64,000 bases of DNA from Alphaproteobacteria bacterium (GTDB taxonomy: Bacteria; Pseudomonadota; Alphaproteobacteria; G965222575): assembly GCA_965222575.1 (NCBI GenBank), contig OZ244958.1, positions 864,001-928,000 of the forward strand. The letters run 5' to 3'. The notes under the pieces were generated by a model that saw only the letters and a program-made list of their open reading frames with translations, was not told the DNA's origin and made no database searches. Shown here piece after piece: positions 16,143-29,195 of this stretch (within the stretch, counting starts at the first letter, position 1; each line of letters starts with the position of its first letter). A program made the translations under genes and the position numbers.

Positions 16143-19100
16143 ATGACTCTTAGTTTCACACAAAAGAAACGATCGCGTTGCTCTTTCGTCGGCCACAAAT
16201 TCCAAGATTCCCCTCAGTTGATGGAAGTATTGTTTCACTCTTATGCAAATTTCTTGCAGACAAATATTCCCCCGAAGGAAAGAAAAAAGGTCGGACTCCA
16301 AAGAGTTTTTTCCTCCATTTTTCCACTGCATAGCCTAGGAGAAGAAGCGAGTTTGGAGTTTGTCTCCTACCATTTAGAACCGCCTTTGTTTAGCACAGAA
16401 GAGTGTTTGAATTCTGATTTAACTTATGATGCGAAGTTGCGGGTGACTTTTCGCCTCAATGTGTTCGAAGTCAACAAGGAAACAGAGACAAAGTCCTTTG
16501 TCGATATCAAAGAACAAAGTGTTTATATGGGGAACATTCCTCTGATGACGGACAAGGCTTCCTTCATTATCAACGGAACGGAACGTGTGGTCGTAAACCA
16601 AATGCACAAAAGCCCCGGTGCCTTCTTTTCTAAAGAAGAAAAAGCCCATTCCCCGGGAAAAATCACCTATATCGGTCGCATCATTCCTTATCGAGGCACT
16701 TGGTTGGATTTTGAAATAGACAACCAGATTTATGTGCGGATTGATAGACAAAAAAAAATCTCAGCGCTCCTCTTCTTAAAAGCTCTTGGTATGAGTGACC
16801 GAGAAATTTTATCAACCTTCTACACCCCTATTATCTACCAGAAGAAAAATCCTCAGGTGTGGTGCCATGGACTTGAGTTGCCGCATCTTGTAGGCAACAT
16901 TCTCTCCTATGATTTGCTAAACCCGAACAGTGGGGAAGTCATTGTGAAAAAAGGGAAAAAAATTGAAAAGAAGCACTTCAAAGTGCTTGAAAAAGAGGGC
17001 ATAAAACAAGTTGGGGTACGAACAGAGTCTTTAATTGGCATGCCTGTATCACAAGAGGTTACGGACGCCTCCGGTAAGGTACTAGTGGAAATAGGCACAG
17101 CCCTTGATAGCAAAATGCTAGAAGAAATTACTCAATCAGGGATTAAAAAGCTCGCTTTATTACAGATTGATACCACAACAGGCCAAGCCCCTTACGAAAG
17201 CTGGGTGGCTCATAAAATCAAAGGATGCGAAGAAGCCTTACAAATGGTTTACAATCACTTATATCCCGGAGAATACTCTCCCACAAAGACTATCACTGCT
17301 AAGACTCTTGAAAACCTGTTGTTTAATCCCGATATCTATAATTTATCGGAAGTGGGAAGGATTAAGCTTAACAATCGTCTAGGAATAGAAGCACCAGAAG
17401 ACCAACTGGTCTTGAATTTAGAGGATATTTTAGCGGTTCTTAAGTATTTAACCAAATTATCCACTGGGAAAGGGGATGTGGATGATATTGACCATCTTGG
17501 GAATCGCCGAGTGAGGTCTGTTGGGGAAGTGCTTGAGAATCAGTATCGTCAGAGTCTTGCCCGCATGGAAAAAGGGATTGTTGAAAAGATGAGCTCTGCT
17601 GATGTCAAAACCTTGATGCCTGCACAGCTGATTGGTGCTAAGCTATGCGTTGCAGTTGTTAAGGAGTTTTTTGGCTCTTCACAGCTTAGCCAGCTGATGG
17701 ATCAGTCCAATCCTTTAAGTGAAATTACACACAAACGCCGGCTGTCAACTTTGGGGCCCGGAGGGCTTAATAGAGAAAGAGCAGGCTTTGAGGTAAGAGA
17801 TGTCCACGCTACGCACTACGGTCGCATCTGTCCTATTGAAACCCCTGAGGGCGCTAACATTGGATTGATTAATTCCTTGTCTACGTATGCGCGCGTGAAT
17901 CGCTATGGTTTTATAGAAACTCCTTATTATAAGGTTGAGAATGGCCAAGTCACTAGGGAAGTTGTGCATTTATCGGCAGTAGATGAAGAGGGATTAGTGA
18001 TTGCGAGTTCTAGGGTAATGAAAGAGGCTTCCGGTAAGATGGGAGAAGCGCCTTTGCAATGCCGTAAAGATGGAGAGTTTATTATGGCTTCTCCTCAAGA
18101 GATAGACTTGATTGATGTTTCGCCGCAACAGCTTGTGTCTATTGCCTCGTCTCTGATTCCCTTTTTAGAGCATGATGATGCTAATCGTGCGTTGATGGGT
18201 GCTAACATGCAACGTCAGGCAGTTCCTCTCATGAAAACGGCAGCCCCTTTTGTTGGCACGGGGATGGAAGAAATCGTTGCGCGGGAATCTGGAGCGATGT
18301 TAATTGCGCGGCGTTCTGGCATTGTGGAGCAAGTTGATAACCAACGAATTGTGATTCGTACCACAGAGGAAAAAGATTTTTCCAAATCAGGTGTCGATAT
18401 TTATCAGCTCAAGAAAATGGGCAAAACCAATCAGAACACCTGTTTTTCGCAGGTGCCTCTTGTTTCTATCTACAACGCCGTCAAAGAAGGAGATGTGATA
18501 GCCGATGGTCCTGCTACTGATAATGGGGAATTATCCTTAGGGAAAAATGTTTTGGTGTGTTTTTTATCTTGGCAGGGTTACAATTTTGAAGATTCAGTGA
18601 TTATTTCGGAACGCTTGGTGAAGGATGACATTTTCACCTCTATACATATTGAAGAATTCAATGTTTCCGCTCATGACACGAAGCTAGGTCAAGAGGAGAT
18701 CACACAGGATGTTCCCAATGTTGGGGAGGAGACCTTGAGACATTTAGATGAGTGTGGCATAGCGGAGATAGGGGCGGAAGTTCAAGAAGGGGATGTTTTA
18801 GTGGGGAAAATCACACCGAAAGGAGAGTTATTGATAACGCCGGAGGAGAAGCTTTTGCGTGCGATTTTTGGGGAGAAAGCGGCTAATGTGAAGGATACAT
18901 CCTTGCGTCTTCCTCCCGGCAGTCAAGGCACAGTTGTGAATGTGAGGATTTTCAATCAAAAAGACAGCCCCATGGAAAAAGATGCGCGTTCGCGTACTAT
19001 TGAACAAGCGGAAATAGACCAAGTACGTCGTAATATTCAAGATGAACGGCTCATTTATGAGCGCAACATTTACACGCGTCTTAAGGAGTTTTTGAAAAAT

Positions 19101-20267
19101 CAGAAACTTTCTGCTAGCAACAGAGCGTTGAAGGGGTTGAAGAAAGGGCAAGTTTTAACCTCTGAAGTGTTGCACAACTTAAACAAGGAGAATCTGTGGA
19201 AAATCTCTGTTACTGACAGGGAGGTGATGAACAAGCTAGAGGCCTTACATAAGCAGCACCAAAATGTGTTAAAGCAGATGGAAGAGAGTCTGAATCAGTT
19301 GGATGAAAAAATTAAAATGGGGAATGATCCTCCTTCTGGTGTTCTGAAAACGGTCAATGTGTATGTTGCGATTAAGCGCAAGATACAACCCGGGGACAAG
19401 GTTGCAGGTCGTCATGGCAACAAAGGAGTGATTTCTCGTATTGTGCCGGAAGAAGATATGCCTTATCTTGCTGATGGCACGCCTATTGACATGATTTTGA
19501 ATCCCCTTGGGATTCCGTCTCGTATGAATATAGGTCAGGTGCTGGAGACGCATTTAGGTCTTGCTGCAAGGGGATTAGGCATGAAGATTGACAAGCTTTG
19601 CAAAGAGCTTAGGAAACAAAAAAAGCCCTTAAAGCCTGTGAAGACGCTTTTGTCTACTTTGCACACGGGAGAAGAACAAGAGTATATTCAGTCCTTAAAT
19701 GATAAAGAGCTTGAAAAAGTGTGCAAAAATCTTGATGAAGGCGTTTGTATTGCCTCCCCTGTGTTCAACGGCGTTAAGGAAGAAAAAATCACAGAATTAC
19801 TAGAGTTAGGAGGATATCCTCCTAGTGGTCAAATTCCTCTGTATGATGGTCGAACGGGGAAACCTTTTGATGGGCATGTGACTGTTGGGAGTATGTATAT
19901 GATGAAGCTGCATCACCTTGTTGATGATAAGATTCACGCCCGCTCCATAGGTCCCTACTCTTTGGTGACGCAACAGCCTTTAGGCGGAAAATCTCAATTT
20001 GGAGGGCAGCGCTTTGGAGAAATGGAAGTGTGGGCTTTAGAAGCTTATGGTGCTGCGTATACCTTAAGAGAAATGCTCACGGTGAAGTCCGATGATATTC
20101 GCGGGCGGGGGCGCATGTATGAAGCGATTATTGGCGGTAGTGTGAATTTTAGCATTGGGATACCTGAGAGTTTCAATGTTTTAATTAAAGAATTACGGGG
20201 CTTAGGGCTGAATCTGGAATTAAAAACTTCTCATTTGGCACCTGCCGCACTGCCTCCTCCTTTGTAA
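16143..20267 (+). CDS. rpoB: RNA polymerase beta subunit
   Basis: [38 protein letters not shown]. Confidence 0.98.
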   Translation: [1374 protein letters not shown]

Positions 20268-20289
20268 TAACTAACAACCCGACTGTCCT

Positions 20290-23200
20290 ATGAGTGATAA
20301 TTTGAAGTATCCCCCTGCTCAGAAAAAGCATGAAGAGAGTTTTGATGAAGTCCGCATATCCATTGCGAGTCCTGAAGATATTAAGCGTTGGTCTTATGGA
20401 GAGGTCAAAAAGCCTGAGACGATTAATTATCGGACATTTAAGCCGGAACAGGGTGGGTTGTTTTGCTCCTGTATTTTTGGCCCTACTAAGGACTATGAGT
20501 GTTTGTGCGGGCGTTATAAGAGAATCAAGTATAAAGGCATTGTATGCGAGAAGTGCAATGTAGAAGTGACGGAAGCTAAGGTTCGTCGTGACAGGATGGG
20601 TCATATTGACCTTGCGGTACCGGTGGCTCATATTTGGTTTTTGCGGTCTATTCCGTCACGATTAGGCATGGTGTTAGATATTCCCATGAAGACTTTGGAA
20701 CAAGTGTTGTATTTTCAGAAATACCTTGTATCGGAGCCCGGCTTAACATCTTTGAAGAAAAATCAAGCCTTATCGGAGCAAGAGTTTCAAGAAGCGTGTG
20801 AACAGTACGGAGAAGATGCGTTTTCTTATGGCATTGGGGCAGAAGTGATTGAGGAAGTGTTAAAGGCTATGAATCTCTCAGAGGAACGTTCTCATTTGGT
20901 GGAGATTCTGAAGAAGAAAACAACAGACGTTATGAAGAAGAAGCTTACAAAACGTCTGGAGTTGCTCAATGCGTTTCTATTGTCCGGTGTGAAGCCGCAC
21001 TGGATGATTTTACGGTCACTGCCGGTGTTACCGCCGGATTTAAGGCCTCTTGTTCCATTGGAGCGGGGACATTTTGCTACCTCGGATTTGAATAATCTGT
21101 ATCGGCGCGTGATTAATCGCAATAATCGTCTTAAGCGGTTGATACAACTGCAGGCACCAGAGATTATTTTACGCAATGAGAAGCGCATGTTACAAGAATC
21201 AGTAGATGCCCTCTTTGACAACAACAAGCGCAGTCGTCCTATTGTGGGGACAAACAAGCGTCCGTTGAAATCTTTATCGGATATTTTACGTGGGAAGCAG
21301 GGACGTTTTCGTCAGAATCTCTTAGGGAAAAGGGTAGATTATTCTGCGCGTTCTGTGATTATTGTGGGGCCGACTTTGAAGTTACACCAATGTGGGTTAC
21401 CGAAGAAAATTGCGCTAGAATTGTTTAAGCCCTTTGTGTTTGGAGAGCTTAAGAAGCGTGGGTTGTGTCGCACCTTAAAAAAGGCGCGCAAGTTTGTTGA
21501 GGCGCAATATGAAGAAGTGTGGGATTGTTTAGAGACGGTCATCAAAAGCCACCTTGTGTTACTGAACAGAGCCCCAACGCTTCACCGTCTTGGGATACAA
21601 GCTTTTGAGCCTATTTTAGTACCGGGCAAAGCCATACAGCTTCACCCGTTGGTCTGTACAGCGTTTAATGCGGATTTTGATGGAGACCAAATGGCTATTC
21701 ACTTGCCTTTGTCCATAGAGGCGCAAATGGAAACCCAAGTGTTAATGCTCTCAACGAATAACGTGCTCAGTCCGGCTAATGGGAAGCCTATTGTGACTCC
21801 GACTTTGGATATTATTTTAGGGTTGTACTATATGACCTTAAAGCTTGACAAGCAGGCCGGAGAAGGCATGGTTTTTACAGACTTAGATGAGCTAGAGTTG
21901 GCCTTACATAAGGGGATAATTACCCTTCACAGCAAGATTTTGTGTCAAGTGGAAGAGAGCGATGAAGACGGGCAAGAGCAGTTACTTTTGCGAAAAGGAA
22001 CGGGGGGGCGGTTTTTATTCTATAATGCCCTCCCTGATTTTCCGGGCAAGAGCTTTGAGAAAGTCAACAAAAATATGGGCAAGATAGAAGTCACCAACCT
22101 TGTGGAGGAAATTTTTGTCAAAGCCAAAAGAAAGGATGCAATTATATTTTGTGATACCCTAAAACGGCTTGGATTTCATTATGCAACAGCAAGCGGTATT
22201 TCCTTTGGTAAAGATGATCTGCTAGTTCCAGTGGCTAAGGATGCCCTTGTGAAGAAAGCCCGTGAGTTGGTGTCTTCTCTTGAGAATCAATATATGGAGG
22301 GACTGATTACCCGTGAAGAGAAGCGCAACAAAACTATTGAAGTTTGGTCGAATTGTACCAATAGGGTCTCTGATGCGCTTATGGATAAGCTATCAAAGGT
22401 TGGTAAGGATAAAGAGGGGTTACAAGCCCATAGACCTAACTCGATTTTTATGATGTCGGATTCAGGGGCGCGTTCATCTGCTACACAAATTCGTCAATTA
22501 GCGGGCATGCGTGGGTTAATGGCTAAGCCTTCAGGGGAGATTATGGAAATGCCTATTATAGCGAATTTTCGTGATGGGTTAGGGGTTTTGGATTATTTTA
22601 ACTCCACCCACGGGGCGCGCAAAGGATTGGCAGATACAGCCTTAAAGACAGCAAATTCAGGATATTTAACGCGTCGTTTAGTGGATGTAGCACAAGATTG
22701 CGTCATTATGGAAGCGGATTGCGGCACGACGGAAGGATTATTGGTTTCGGAAGTGATTGAAGGCTCGTCGGTAATTGTTTCTTTGTTGGAGTCTGTTGTG
22801 GGGCGTTTTGTAGCGGGAGAGGAAGATGTTGTTTCTCCGGAAGGCAAAGAGGTGTTAGCACAAGCGGGAGATTTTATTGATGAGTCCAAAGCGGGAAAAT
22901 TACAGGACTGCGGCATTACGGAGTTATTGGTACGGTCGCCTTTATTTTGCAAAGCCGAAAGAGGATGTTGTCAAAAGTGTTACGGCAGGGATTTAGCAAG
23001 AGGTAAGATAGTAGATTTTGGAGAAGCTGTTGGCATTGTAGCGGCTCAATCTATTGGGGAGCCTGGCACACAATTGACCATGAGAACGTTCCATATTGGA
23101 GGGGCTGCTCAAGTATCGGAGCAGTCGTACATTCAGTCACCGGTGAAGGGGAAAGTGACCTTTGAAAATCTTTCTACGGTGGCTTCTCCGGAAAAGAATG

Positions 23201-24510
23201 CTGTGCACCAGATTGTGATAGGGCGCAATGGAGAAATGGTTTTATGGGATTACCATAATAGAGAAAGGGCGCGTTATCGCTTAGGGTATGGGTCTCGGTT
23301 GTATGTCAAAGAAGGCGATGCGGTGTCCCCGGGAGATAAACTATCAGATTGGGACCCTTATACTATCCCTATTATTTCGGAGAAAGCTGGTATTGTGAGT
23401 TATCGAGATTTACAAGATGGGGTTTCGTTACAGGATCACATGGATAAAGAAACTGGTCTTGCGAATAAAGTCATTATTGACTGGAAGCAAAAGGATAAGA
23501 AAGCGCTGTTATCTCCGCGTATTACATTACGGAATAAGAAAGGGGAAGTGATACTATTGCCTAATGGTCAGGAGGCAAGATATTTACTGTTGCCCGGCGC
23601 GATTTTATCTGTTGAAGACCAACAGCCTATTGAGGTAGGGAAGATTTTAGCCCGCCTTCCTAGAGCCGGGTCGCGTAATAGAGACATTACAGGCGGTCTT
23701 CCGCGTGTTTCAGAGCTATTTGAAGCCCGTCAGCCCCAAGATTGTGCAGTATTAGCGCGTTTCAATGGTCATGTGGAAATCAAAAAGAAAGAAAGCAAAT
23801 TCCTCCACCTTGTGCTGTCGCCTGTGAAAGAGTCGAAGGAAGAGCTTCCCTTTACATACGCTATTCCTAAGGGGTTGCATCTGAATGTACAGGATGGAGA
23901 TTTTGTGCGTCGCGGGGATTATCTAGTGGATGGAGTACCTTCCTTACACGATATCTTAGATATTGTGGGTCTTCAGGGGTTAGCCAACTACTTGATTCAA
24001 GAGATTCAAAATGTGTATCTCATGCAAGGGGTTCGAATCAACAACAAGCATATAGAAATCATTATCAAACAAATGATTCAGAAAGTGGAGATTTTAGAGA
24101 GGGGAGACAGTACATTTGATGTGGATTCCATAGTGGAACATAGTGAGGTTTTAAGGAAAAACAAGCAGTTAGAAGCGGAGAAGAAGAAAAAGGTTGTGTA
24201 CAAATTCAAATTGCTAGGGATTACTAAAGCGTCGTTGAAATCGACCTCTTTTATCTCTGCGGCGTCCTTTCAAGAGACGACTCGGATTTTAACCTCAGCA
24301 GCCATAGAGGGGAAAGTAGACAAACTCGTTGGCTTAAAGGAGAACATCATTGTTGGTCATTTAATTCCAGCTGGCACAGGGTTTGTATCACGGCAGCTAT
24401 TATCTGATGAAGGGCAAATGATAGAGGAAGAAATTCCCCCTGTTTCTCCAGAGGTACTAGAGTCCAGTATTTCGGAAGAAAAGCCTGTACAAGAAGAGCA
24501 GTCGCTTTAG
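20290..24510 (+). CDS. rpoC: RNA polymerase beta' subunit
   Basis: [28 protein letters not shown]. Confidence 0.98.
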   Translation: MSDNLKYPPAQKKHEESFDEVRISIASPEDIKRWSYGEVKKPETINYRTFKPEQGGLFCSCIFGPTKDYECLCGRYKRIKYKGIVCEKCNVEVTEAKVRRDRMGHIDLAVPVAHIWFLRSIPSRLGMVLDIPMKTLEQVLYFQKYLVSEPGLTSLKKNQALSEQEFQEACEQYGEDAFSYGIGAEVIEEVLKAMNLSEERSHLVEILKKKTTDVMKKKLTKRLELLNAFLLSGVKPHWMILRSLPVLPPDLRPLVPLERGHFATSDLNNLYRRVINRNNRLKRLIQLQAPEIILRNEKRMLQESVDALFDNNKRSRPIVGTNKRPLKSLSDILRGKQGRFRQNLLGKRVDYSARSVIIVGPTLKLHQCGLPKKIALELFKPFVFGELKKRGLCRTLKKARKFVEAQYEEVWDCLETVIKSHLVLLNRAPTLHRLGIQAFEPILVPGKAIQLHPLVCTAFNADFDGDQMAIHLPLSIEAQMETQVLMLSTNNVLSPANGKPIVTPTLDIILGLYYMTLKLDKQAGEGMVFTDLDELELALHKGIITLHSKILCQVEESDEDGQEQLLLRKGTGGRFLFYNALPDFPGKSFEKVNKNMGKIEVTNLVEEIFVKAKRKDAIIFCDTLKRLGFHYATASGISFGKDDLLVPVAKDALVKKARELVSSLENQYMEGLITREEKRNKTIEVWSNCTNRVSDALMDKLSKVGKDKEGLQAHRPNSIFMMSDSGARSSATQIRQLAGMRGLMAKPSGEIMEMPIIANFRDGLGVLDYFNSTHGARKGLADTALKTANSGYLTRRLVDVAQDCVIMEADCGTTEGLLVSEVIEGSSVIVSLLESVVGRFVAGEEDVVSPEGKEVLAQAGDFIDESKAGKLQDCGITELLVRSPLFCKAERGCCQKCYGRDLARGKIVDFGEAVGIVAAQSIGEPGTQLTMRTFHIGGAAQVSEQSYIQSPVKGKVTFENLSTVASPEKNAVHQIVIGRNGEMVLWDYHNRERARYRLGYGSRLYVKEGDAVSPGDKLSDWDPYTIPIISEKAGIVSYRDLQDGVSLQDHMDKETGLANKVIIDWKQKDKKALLSPRITLRNKKGEVILLPNGQEARYLLLPGAILSVEDQQPIEVGKILARLPRAGSRNRDITGGLPRVSELFEARQPQDCAVLARFNGHVEIKKKESKFLHLVLSPVKESKEELPFTYAIPKGLHLNVQDGDFVRRGDYLVDGVPSLHDILDIVGLQGLANYLIQEIQNVYLMQGVRINNKHIEIIIKQMIQKVEILERGDSTFDVDSIVEHSEVLRKNKQLEAEKKKKVVYKFKLLGITKASLKSTSFISAASFQETTRILTSAAIEGKVDKLVGLKENIIVGHLIPAGTGFVSRQLLSDEGQMIEEEIPPVSPEVLESSISEEKPVQEEQSL

Positions 24511-24567
24511 AGGGAAGGAGTTTTTGCATTTAAGGTGAGAAAAACTTTGTATTCAAAGGTTTTTTTC

Positions 24568-24596
24568 TTGACCAAGGGGAGTGTTTAGGTTAGCGT
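24568..24596 (+). promoter_or_regulatory. Putative sigma70 promoter of the str operon
   Basis: TTGACC-N17-TAGCGT in the rpoC-rpsL intergenic region. Confidence 0.5.
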
Positions 24597-24741
24597 AATC
24601 CTTACGACTTCAGGAGTAAGAGCCAAGCGGAAAGTGTTTAGGGCTTTTTCTTGAGTGTAGAAGTGAGAAAAGGGGGGGATTTTTCTTAATTTTGAGGGAA
24701 GCCAAGAGGGGGAGGGTTATAACGCAGTTGCAGGATTTAAG

Positions 24742-25113
24742 ATGCCAACGATTAACCAGCTTGTACGGAGGGGGCGTAAAGCGCCAGTAAAGCGCAAGAA
24801 GAATCCCGCCCTTCAGGGTTGTCCTCAGAAGCGGGGAATTTGCACGCGTGTTTACACCACAACGCCAAAGAAGCCTAACTCGGCTTTAAGGAAAGTGGCT
24901 CGGGTGAAACTGACCAACGCCCAAGAAGTGACAGCGTATGTTCCCGGAGAAGGGCATAATCTACAGGAGCACTCAGTAATTTTGATTCGCGGGGGGCGGG
25001 TCAAAGATTTGCCCGGCGTGCGGTATCACTCTATACGGGGGGTATTGGAGTCTGCGGGAGTGCAGGAGCGCCGCCAAGGGCGCTCTAAGTATGGAGCCAA
25101 AAAACCTAAATAA
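24742..25113 (+). CDS. rpsL: 30S ribosomal protein S12
   Basis: [29 protein letters not shown]. Confidence 0.98.
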   Translation: MPTINQLVRRGRKAPVKRKKNPALQGCPQKRGICTRVYTTTPKKPNSALRKVARVKLTNAQEVTAYVPGEGHNLQEHSVILIRGGRVKDLPGVRYHSIRGVLESAGVQERRQGRSKYGAKKPK

Positions 25114-25122
25114 GGAGGGTTT

Positions 25123-25593
25123 ATGTCAAGACGTCATTCTGCTCCTACAAGGACTGTGCCTCCTGATGCTTTGTATAAGGATGAAAGGGTAGCGAAATTG
25201 ATTAATGTGCTGATGCTCAAGGGGAAGAAATCTGTAGCGGAGAAGATTGTCTATGAAGCGTTTGAGATGATTAAACACTCTTCCAAGAAAGACGTGCTGG
25301 AGGTTTTTCATCAAGCTTTAGGGTTTATTAAGCCTAGTGTTGAGGTACGGTCTCGTCGTGTTGGCGGTGCGACCTATCAAATTCCTATGGATGTTCGTCC
25401 CCAACGTTCAGAGACACTAGCCTTAAGATGGCTTGTGAACATGTCGCTTAAGCGTGGGGAGAAAAGGCAATCGGAACGTTTGGCTGGCGAAATTCTAGAG
25501 GCTTATGCGGAGCGTGGCGGAGCTGTTAAGAAACGTGTTGAGACTCATAAGATGGCCGAGGCGAACAAAGCCTTTGCCCATTATCGTTGGTAG
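25123..25593 (+). CDS. rpsG: 30S ribosomal protein S7
   Basis: [23 protein letters not shown]. Confidence 0.97.
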   Translation: MSRRHSAPTRTVPPDALYKDERVAKLINVLMLKGKKSVAEKIVYEAFEMIKHSSKKDVLEVFHQALGFIKPSVEVRSRRVGGATYQIPMDVRPQRSETLALRWLVNMSLKRGEKRQSERLAGEILEAYAERGGAVKKRVETHKMAEANKAFAHYRW

Positions 25594-25603
25594 GTATCAG
25601 AGA

Positions 25604-27673
25604 ATGGCCAGAGCAATTTCTTTATCGAATTACCGCAACATTGGCATTATGGCTCATATTGATGCTGGTAAGACAACGACGACGGAGAGGATTTTATACT
25701 ATACAGGGAAGTCTCATAAGATAGGAGAAGTTCATGATGGTGCTGCAACTATGGATTGGATGGAGCAGGAGCAAGAAAGAGGCATTACCATTACATCAGC
25801 GGCGACGACCTGTTTTTGGAAGGATCACCGCATTAACATTATTGACACGCCCGGGCATGTAGATTTTACCATTGAGGTTGAGAGGGCTCTGAGGGTTTTA
25901 GACGGAGCGGTTGCGGTTTTTGATTCTGTTGCTGGTGTTGAGCCACAATCTGAGACGGTGTGGCGTCAGGCGGACAAGTACCGTGTTCCGCGGATTTGTT
26001 TTATGAACAAGCTTGATAGGATAGGGGCAGATTTTTTTAATTGCGTGAAGATGGTAGAGGAGCGCTTAGGAGCGGTTCCTCTTGTTCTTCAGTTACCTTT
26101 AGGTAAGGAGGCGGATTTTCAGGGGGTGGTGGATTTGGTAAAGAGGAAAGCGTTGGTATGGAAAAAGAAGGAGGGTTTGGGGGAAACTTATGACGAGGTT
26201 GAGATTCCGGCTTTTATGAGAGAGGAGGCGCGCAAGTGGTATGAGATTTTGCTAGAGAAGATTGTTGAAGAAGATGACGAAACTATGGAGACTTTTTTAG
26301 AAGGGGGAGCGGTATCGGAAGAGACGCTTCGGCGTCTGATTCGCAAAGGGACGTTAAAAGGGTCTTTTGTTCCCATATTGTGCGGGTCTGCTTTCAAGAA
26401 CAAAGGGGTACAGCCTCTTTTGGATGCTGTGGTAGGGTATTTACCGTCTCCATTAGATATTGGGTCTGTTGAGGAAGAGGGGAACAGTCAGGAGAAGCGC
26501 CGCCCGGATGATGATGAGCCGTTTTGCGGTATTGCTTTTAAGATTATGAATGATCCCTTTGTAGGGTCTTTAACATTTTGTCGTGTTTATGCGGGGATAT
26601 TAGAGAGTGGCAGTGGGATTTTGAATGCAACGAAAGACAAAAAGGAACGTATTGGCCGCATGGTGTTGATGCATTCGAAGGCGAGGGAGGAGATAAAGAC
26701 TGCCTATACGGGAGACATTGTGGCATTAGTTGGGATGAAGTATACCACAACAGGAGATACACTTTGCGCTTCCTCGCACAAGATAATTTTAGAAAAGATT
26801 GATTTTCCTGATCCTGTGATTGAGCAAGCATTGGAGCCTAAGACTAGAGGGGATTATGAGAAGATGTCGGCGGCTTTGCAGCGCTTAGGAGCGGAAGACC
26901 CCTCTTTTAAGACCAGTGTTAATCATGAGACGGGTCAGACAATTATCAAAGGGATGGGAGAGCTTCACCTTGACATTATTGTGGACAGGTTGAAGCGGGA
27001 ATTTCAGGTTGAAGCGGACGTGGGGGCGCCGCAAGTGGCTTATCGTGAGACCTTCACAAAGGGGGCTTTGATTGATTATCTTCATAAGAAGCAAACAGGA
27101 GGAGCAGGACAGTTTGCAAGGATTAAACTTGAGATTACGCCGTTGCCGCCCGGTAGTGGGGTGACATTTCAAAGCAAAGTTGTAGGAGGGTCAGTTCCTA
27201 AGGAGTACATACCGGGTGTTGAAAAGGGGATAAGGCAAGCCTCTTCTGCTGGAGTTTTAGCTGGATATCCCGTGATAGATTTTCACTGTAGATTGCTAGA
27301 CGGCGCCCATCATGACGTGGATTCCTCTGTTTTAGCATTTGAAATTGCAGCACGTTCAGCGTTTCGCGCAATAGCGCCGAAAGCAGGCCCTTGTTTACTG
27401 GAGCCGATTATGAGCATAGAGGTGATTACACCGGAAAGTTTCATGGGAGACGTCATAGGAGACCTGAATGCGCGTCGCGGTCAGATTCAAGGGAGTGAAA
27501 CACGCGGCAATGCCGCTGTTATTGCCTGTTTGGCTCCCCTTGCTACAATGTTTGGCTATGTGAACACTTTGAGGTCTATGACACAAGGCAGAGCGCAATT
27601 CACTATGCAATTTGAGAAATATGAACAAGTGCCAAAATCAGTAGCTACAGAAATTATTTCAGAACTAAAATAA
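25604..27673 (+). CDS. fusA: Elongation factor G
   Basis: [26 protein letters not shown]. Start moved to ATG 25604 (MARAISL), after the rpsG stop. Confidence 0.97.
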   Translation: MARAISLSNYRNIGIMAHIDAGKTTTTERILYYTGKSHKIGEVHDGAATMDWMEQEQERGITITSAATTCFWKDHRINIIDTPGHVDFTIEVERALRVLDGAVAVFDSVAGVEPQSETVWRQADKYRVPRICFMNKLDRIGADFFNCVKMVEERLGAVPLVLQLPLGKEADFQGVVDLVKRKALVWKKKEGLGETYDEVEIPAFMREEARKWYEILLEKIVEEDDETMETFLEGGAVSEETLRRLIRKGTLKGSFVPILCGSAFKNKGVQPLLDAVVGYLPSPLDIGSVEEEGNSQEKRRPDDDEPFCGIAFKIMNDPFVGSLTFCRVYAGILESGSGILNATKDKKERIGRMVLMHSKAREEIKTAYTGDIVALVGMKYTTTGDTLCASSHKIILEKIDFPDPVIEQALEPKTRGDYEKMSAALQRLGAEDPSFKTSVNHETGQTIIKGMGELHLDIIVDRLKREFQVEADVGAPQVAYRETFTKGALIDYLHKKQTGGAGQFARIKLEITPLPPGSGVTFQSKVVGGSVPKEYIPGVEKGIRQASSAGVLAGYPVIDFHCRLLDGAHHDVDSSVLAFEIAARSAFRAIAPKAGPCLLEPIMSIEVITPESFMGDVIGDLNARRGQIQGSETRGNAAVIACLAPLATMFGYVNTLRSMTQGRAQFTMQFEKYEQVPKSVATEIISELK

Positions 27674-27691
27674 GACGTAAGGAGAAGTAGT

Positions 27692-28882
27692 ATGGCCAAG
27701 AAGAAGTTTGAAAGGAACAAGCCGCACTGCAACATAGGGACTATAGGTCATGTTGACCATGGGAAGACCACATTGACAGCAGCTATCACGAAAGTGTTAG
27801 GGGAAAAGGGGCAAGCGGATTTCAAGGGGTATGACCAGATTGACAATGCCCCAGAGGAGAAGGCGCGTGGTATTACGATTTCTACGGCTCATGTGGAGTA
27901 TGAGACGGACAAGAGGCACTATGCTCATGTTGACTGTCCTGGACATGCGGACTATGTGAAGAATATGATTACTGGTGCAGCACAGATGGACGGGGCTATA
28001 TTGGTAGTGAGTGCTGCTGATGGTCCTATGCCGCAGACGCGGGAGCATATTTTGCTAGCCCGTCAAGTAGGGGTACCCGCTATTGTGGTGTATCTGAACA
28101 AGAGTGATCAGGTAGAGGATCAAGAGCTTGTGGACTTAGTGGAGTTAGAGATACGGGAGTTATTGAGTAAGTATGAATTTCCTGGGGATGACATTCCTAT
28201 TGTGAAGGGGTCTGCTTTATTAGCGTTAGAAGGGAAGTCCCCGGAGAGTGGGGAAAAGTCTATTGAAGAGTTGATGAAACAGATTGATGAGACGATACCT
28301 CAACCTTTAAGGCCTAAGGACAAAGATTTTCTGATGCCTATAGAAGATGTATTTTCTATTTCAGGACGAGGGACTGTTGTGACGGGGCGTATAGAGAGGG
28401 GGATTGTACGTGTTGGGGACAATGTTGAGATAGTGGGGTTAAAAGAGACGCAGAAGACGACCTGTACGGGTGTAGAGATGTTTAGGAAGCTTCTTGATGA
28501 AGGCATGGCGGGAGACAATGTTGGGGTATTGTTAAGAGGTATTGACAGAGAGGCTGTACAGAGGGGACAAGTTTTGTCTAAGCCGGGGAGTATTACGCCA
28601 CACACGCAATTTACAGCGGAGGCGTATATTTTGACGAAAGAAGAAGGGGGACGTCATACGGCATTTTTTGGAAATTATCGCCCACAATTTTATTTTCGGA
28701 CAACAGATGTGACTGGGACTATTAAGCTAGAGAAGGGGGTTGAGATGGTGATGCCGGGAGACAATGTGAATATTGAGGTAGAGCTTTATGTCCCTATAGC
28801 CATGGATGAAGGGTTAAGGTTTGCTATTCGTGAAGGGGGCAGAACTGTTGGGGCAGGCGTCGTTACAAAAATCCTAAAATAG
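27692..28882 (+). CDS. tuf: Elongation factor Tu
   Basis: [30 protein letters not shown]. Confidence 0.98.
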   Translation: MAKKKFERNKPHCNIGTIGHVDHGKTTLTAAITKVLGEKGQADFKGYDQIDNAPEEKARGITISTAHVEYETDKRHYAHVDCPGHADYVKNMITGAAQMDGAILVVSAADGPMPQTREHILLARQVGVPAIVVYLNKSDQVEDQELVDLVELEIRELLSKYEFPGDDIPIVKGSALLALEGKSPESGEKSIEELMKQIDETIPQPLRPKDKDFLMPIEDVFSISGRGTVVTGRIERGIVRVGDNVEIVGLKETQKTTCTGVEMFRKLLDEGMAGDNVGVLLRGIDREAVQRGQVLSKPGSITPHTQFTAEAYILTKEEGGRHTAFFGNYRPQFYFRTTDVTGTIKLEKGVEMVMPGDNVNIEVELYVPIAMDEGLRFAIREGGRTVGAGVVTKILK

Positions 28883-28890
28883 AACACACA

Positions 28891-29193
28891 ATGAACAATA
28901 TACGCATTCAGCTAAAAGGATTTGACTATCGGGTCTTAGATAGGTCTACAGCAGAAATAGTAGACACAGCACACCGTACAGGGGCGCGGATTGTCGGTCC
29001 TATTCCTCTCCCTACAAAAATAGAACGCTTCACTGTTTTACGCTCCCCTCATGTGAACAAAAAATCTCGCGAACAATTTGAAATGCGCACCCATAAACGT
29101 ATCATTAGCATTTTAGAACCCACAAGCCAAACAATAGAAGCCTTAAAAAAGCTAGATATTGCCTACGGCGTCAATATAGAGGTGAAACTATAA
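28891..29193 (+). CDS. rpsJ: 30S ribosomal protein S10
   Basis: [21 protein letters not shown]. Confidence 0.97.
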   Translation: MNNIRIQLKGFDYRVLDRSTAEIVDTAHRTGARIVGPIPLPTKIERFTVLRSPHVNKKSREQFEMRTHKRIISILEPTSQTIEALKKLDIAYGVNIEVKL

Positions 29194-29195
29194 CA

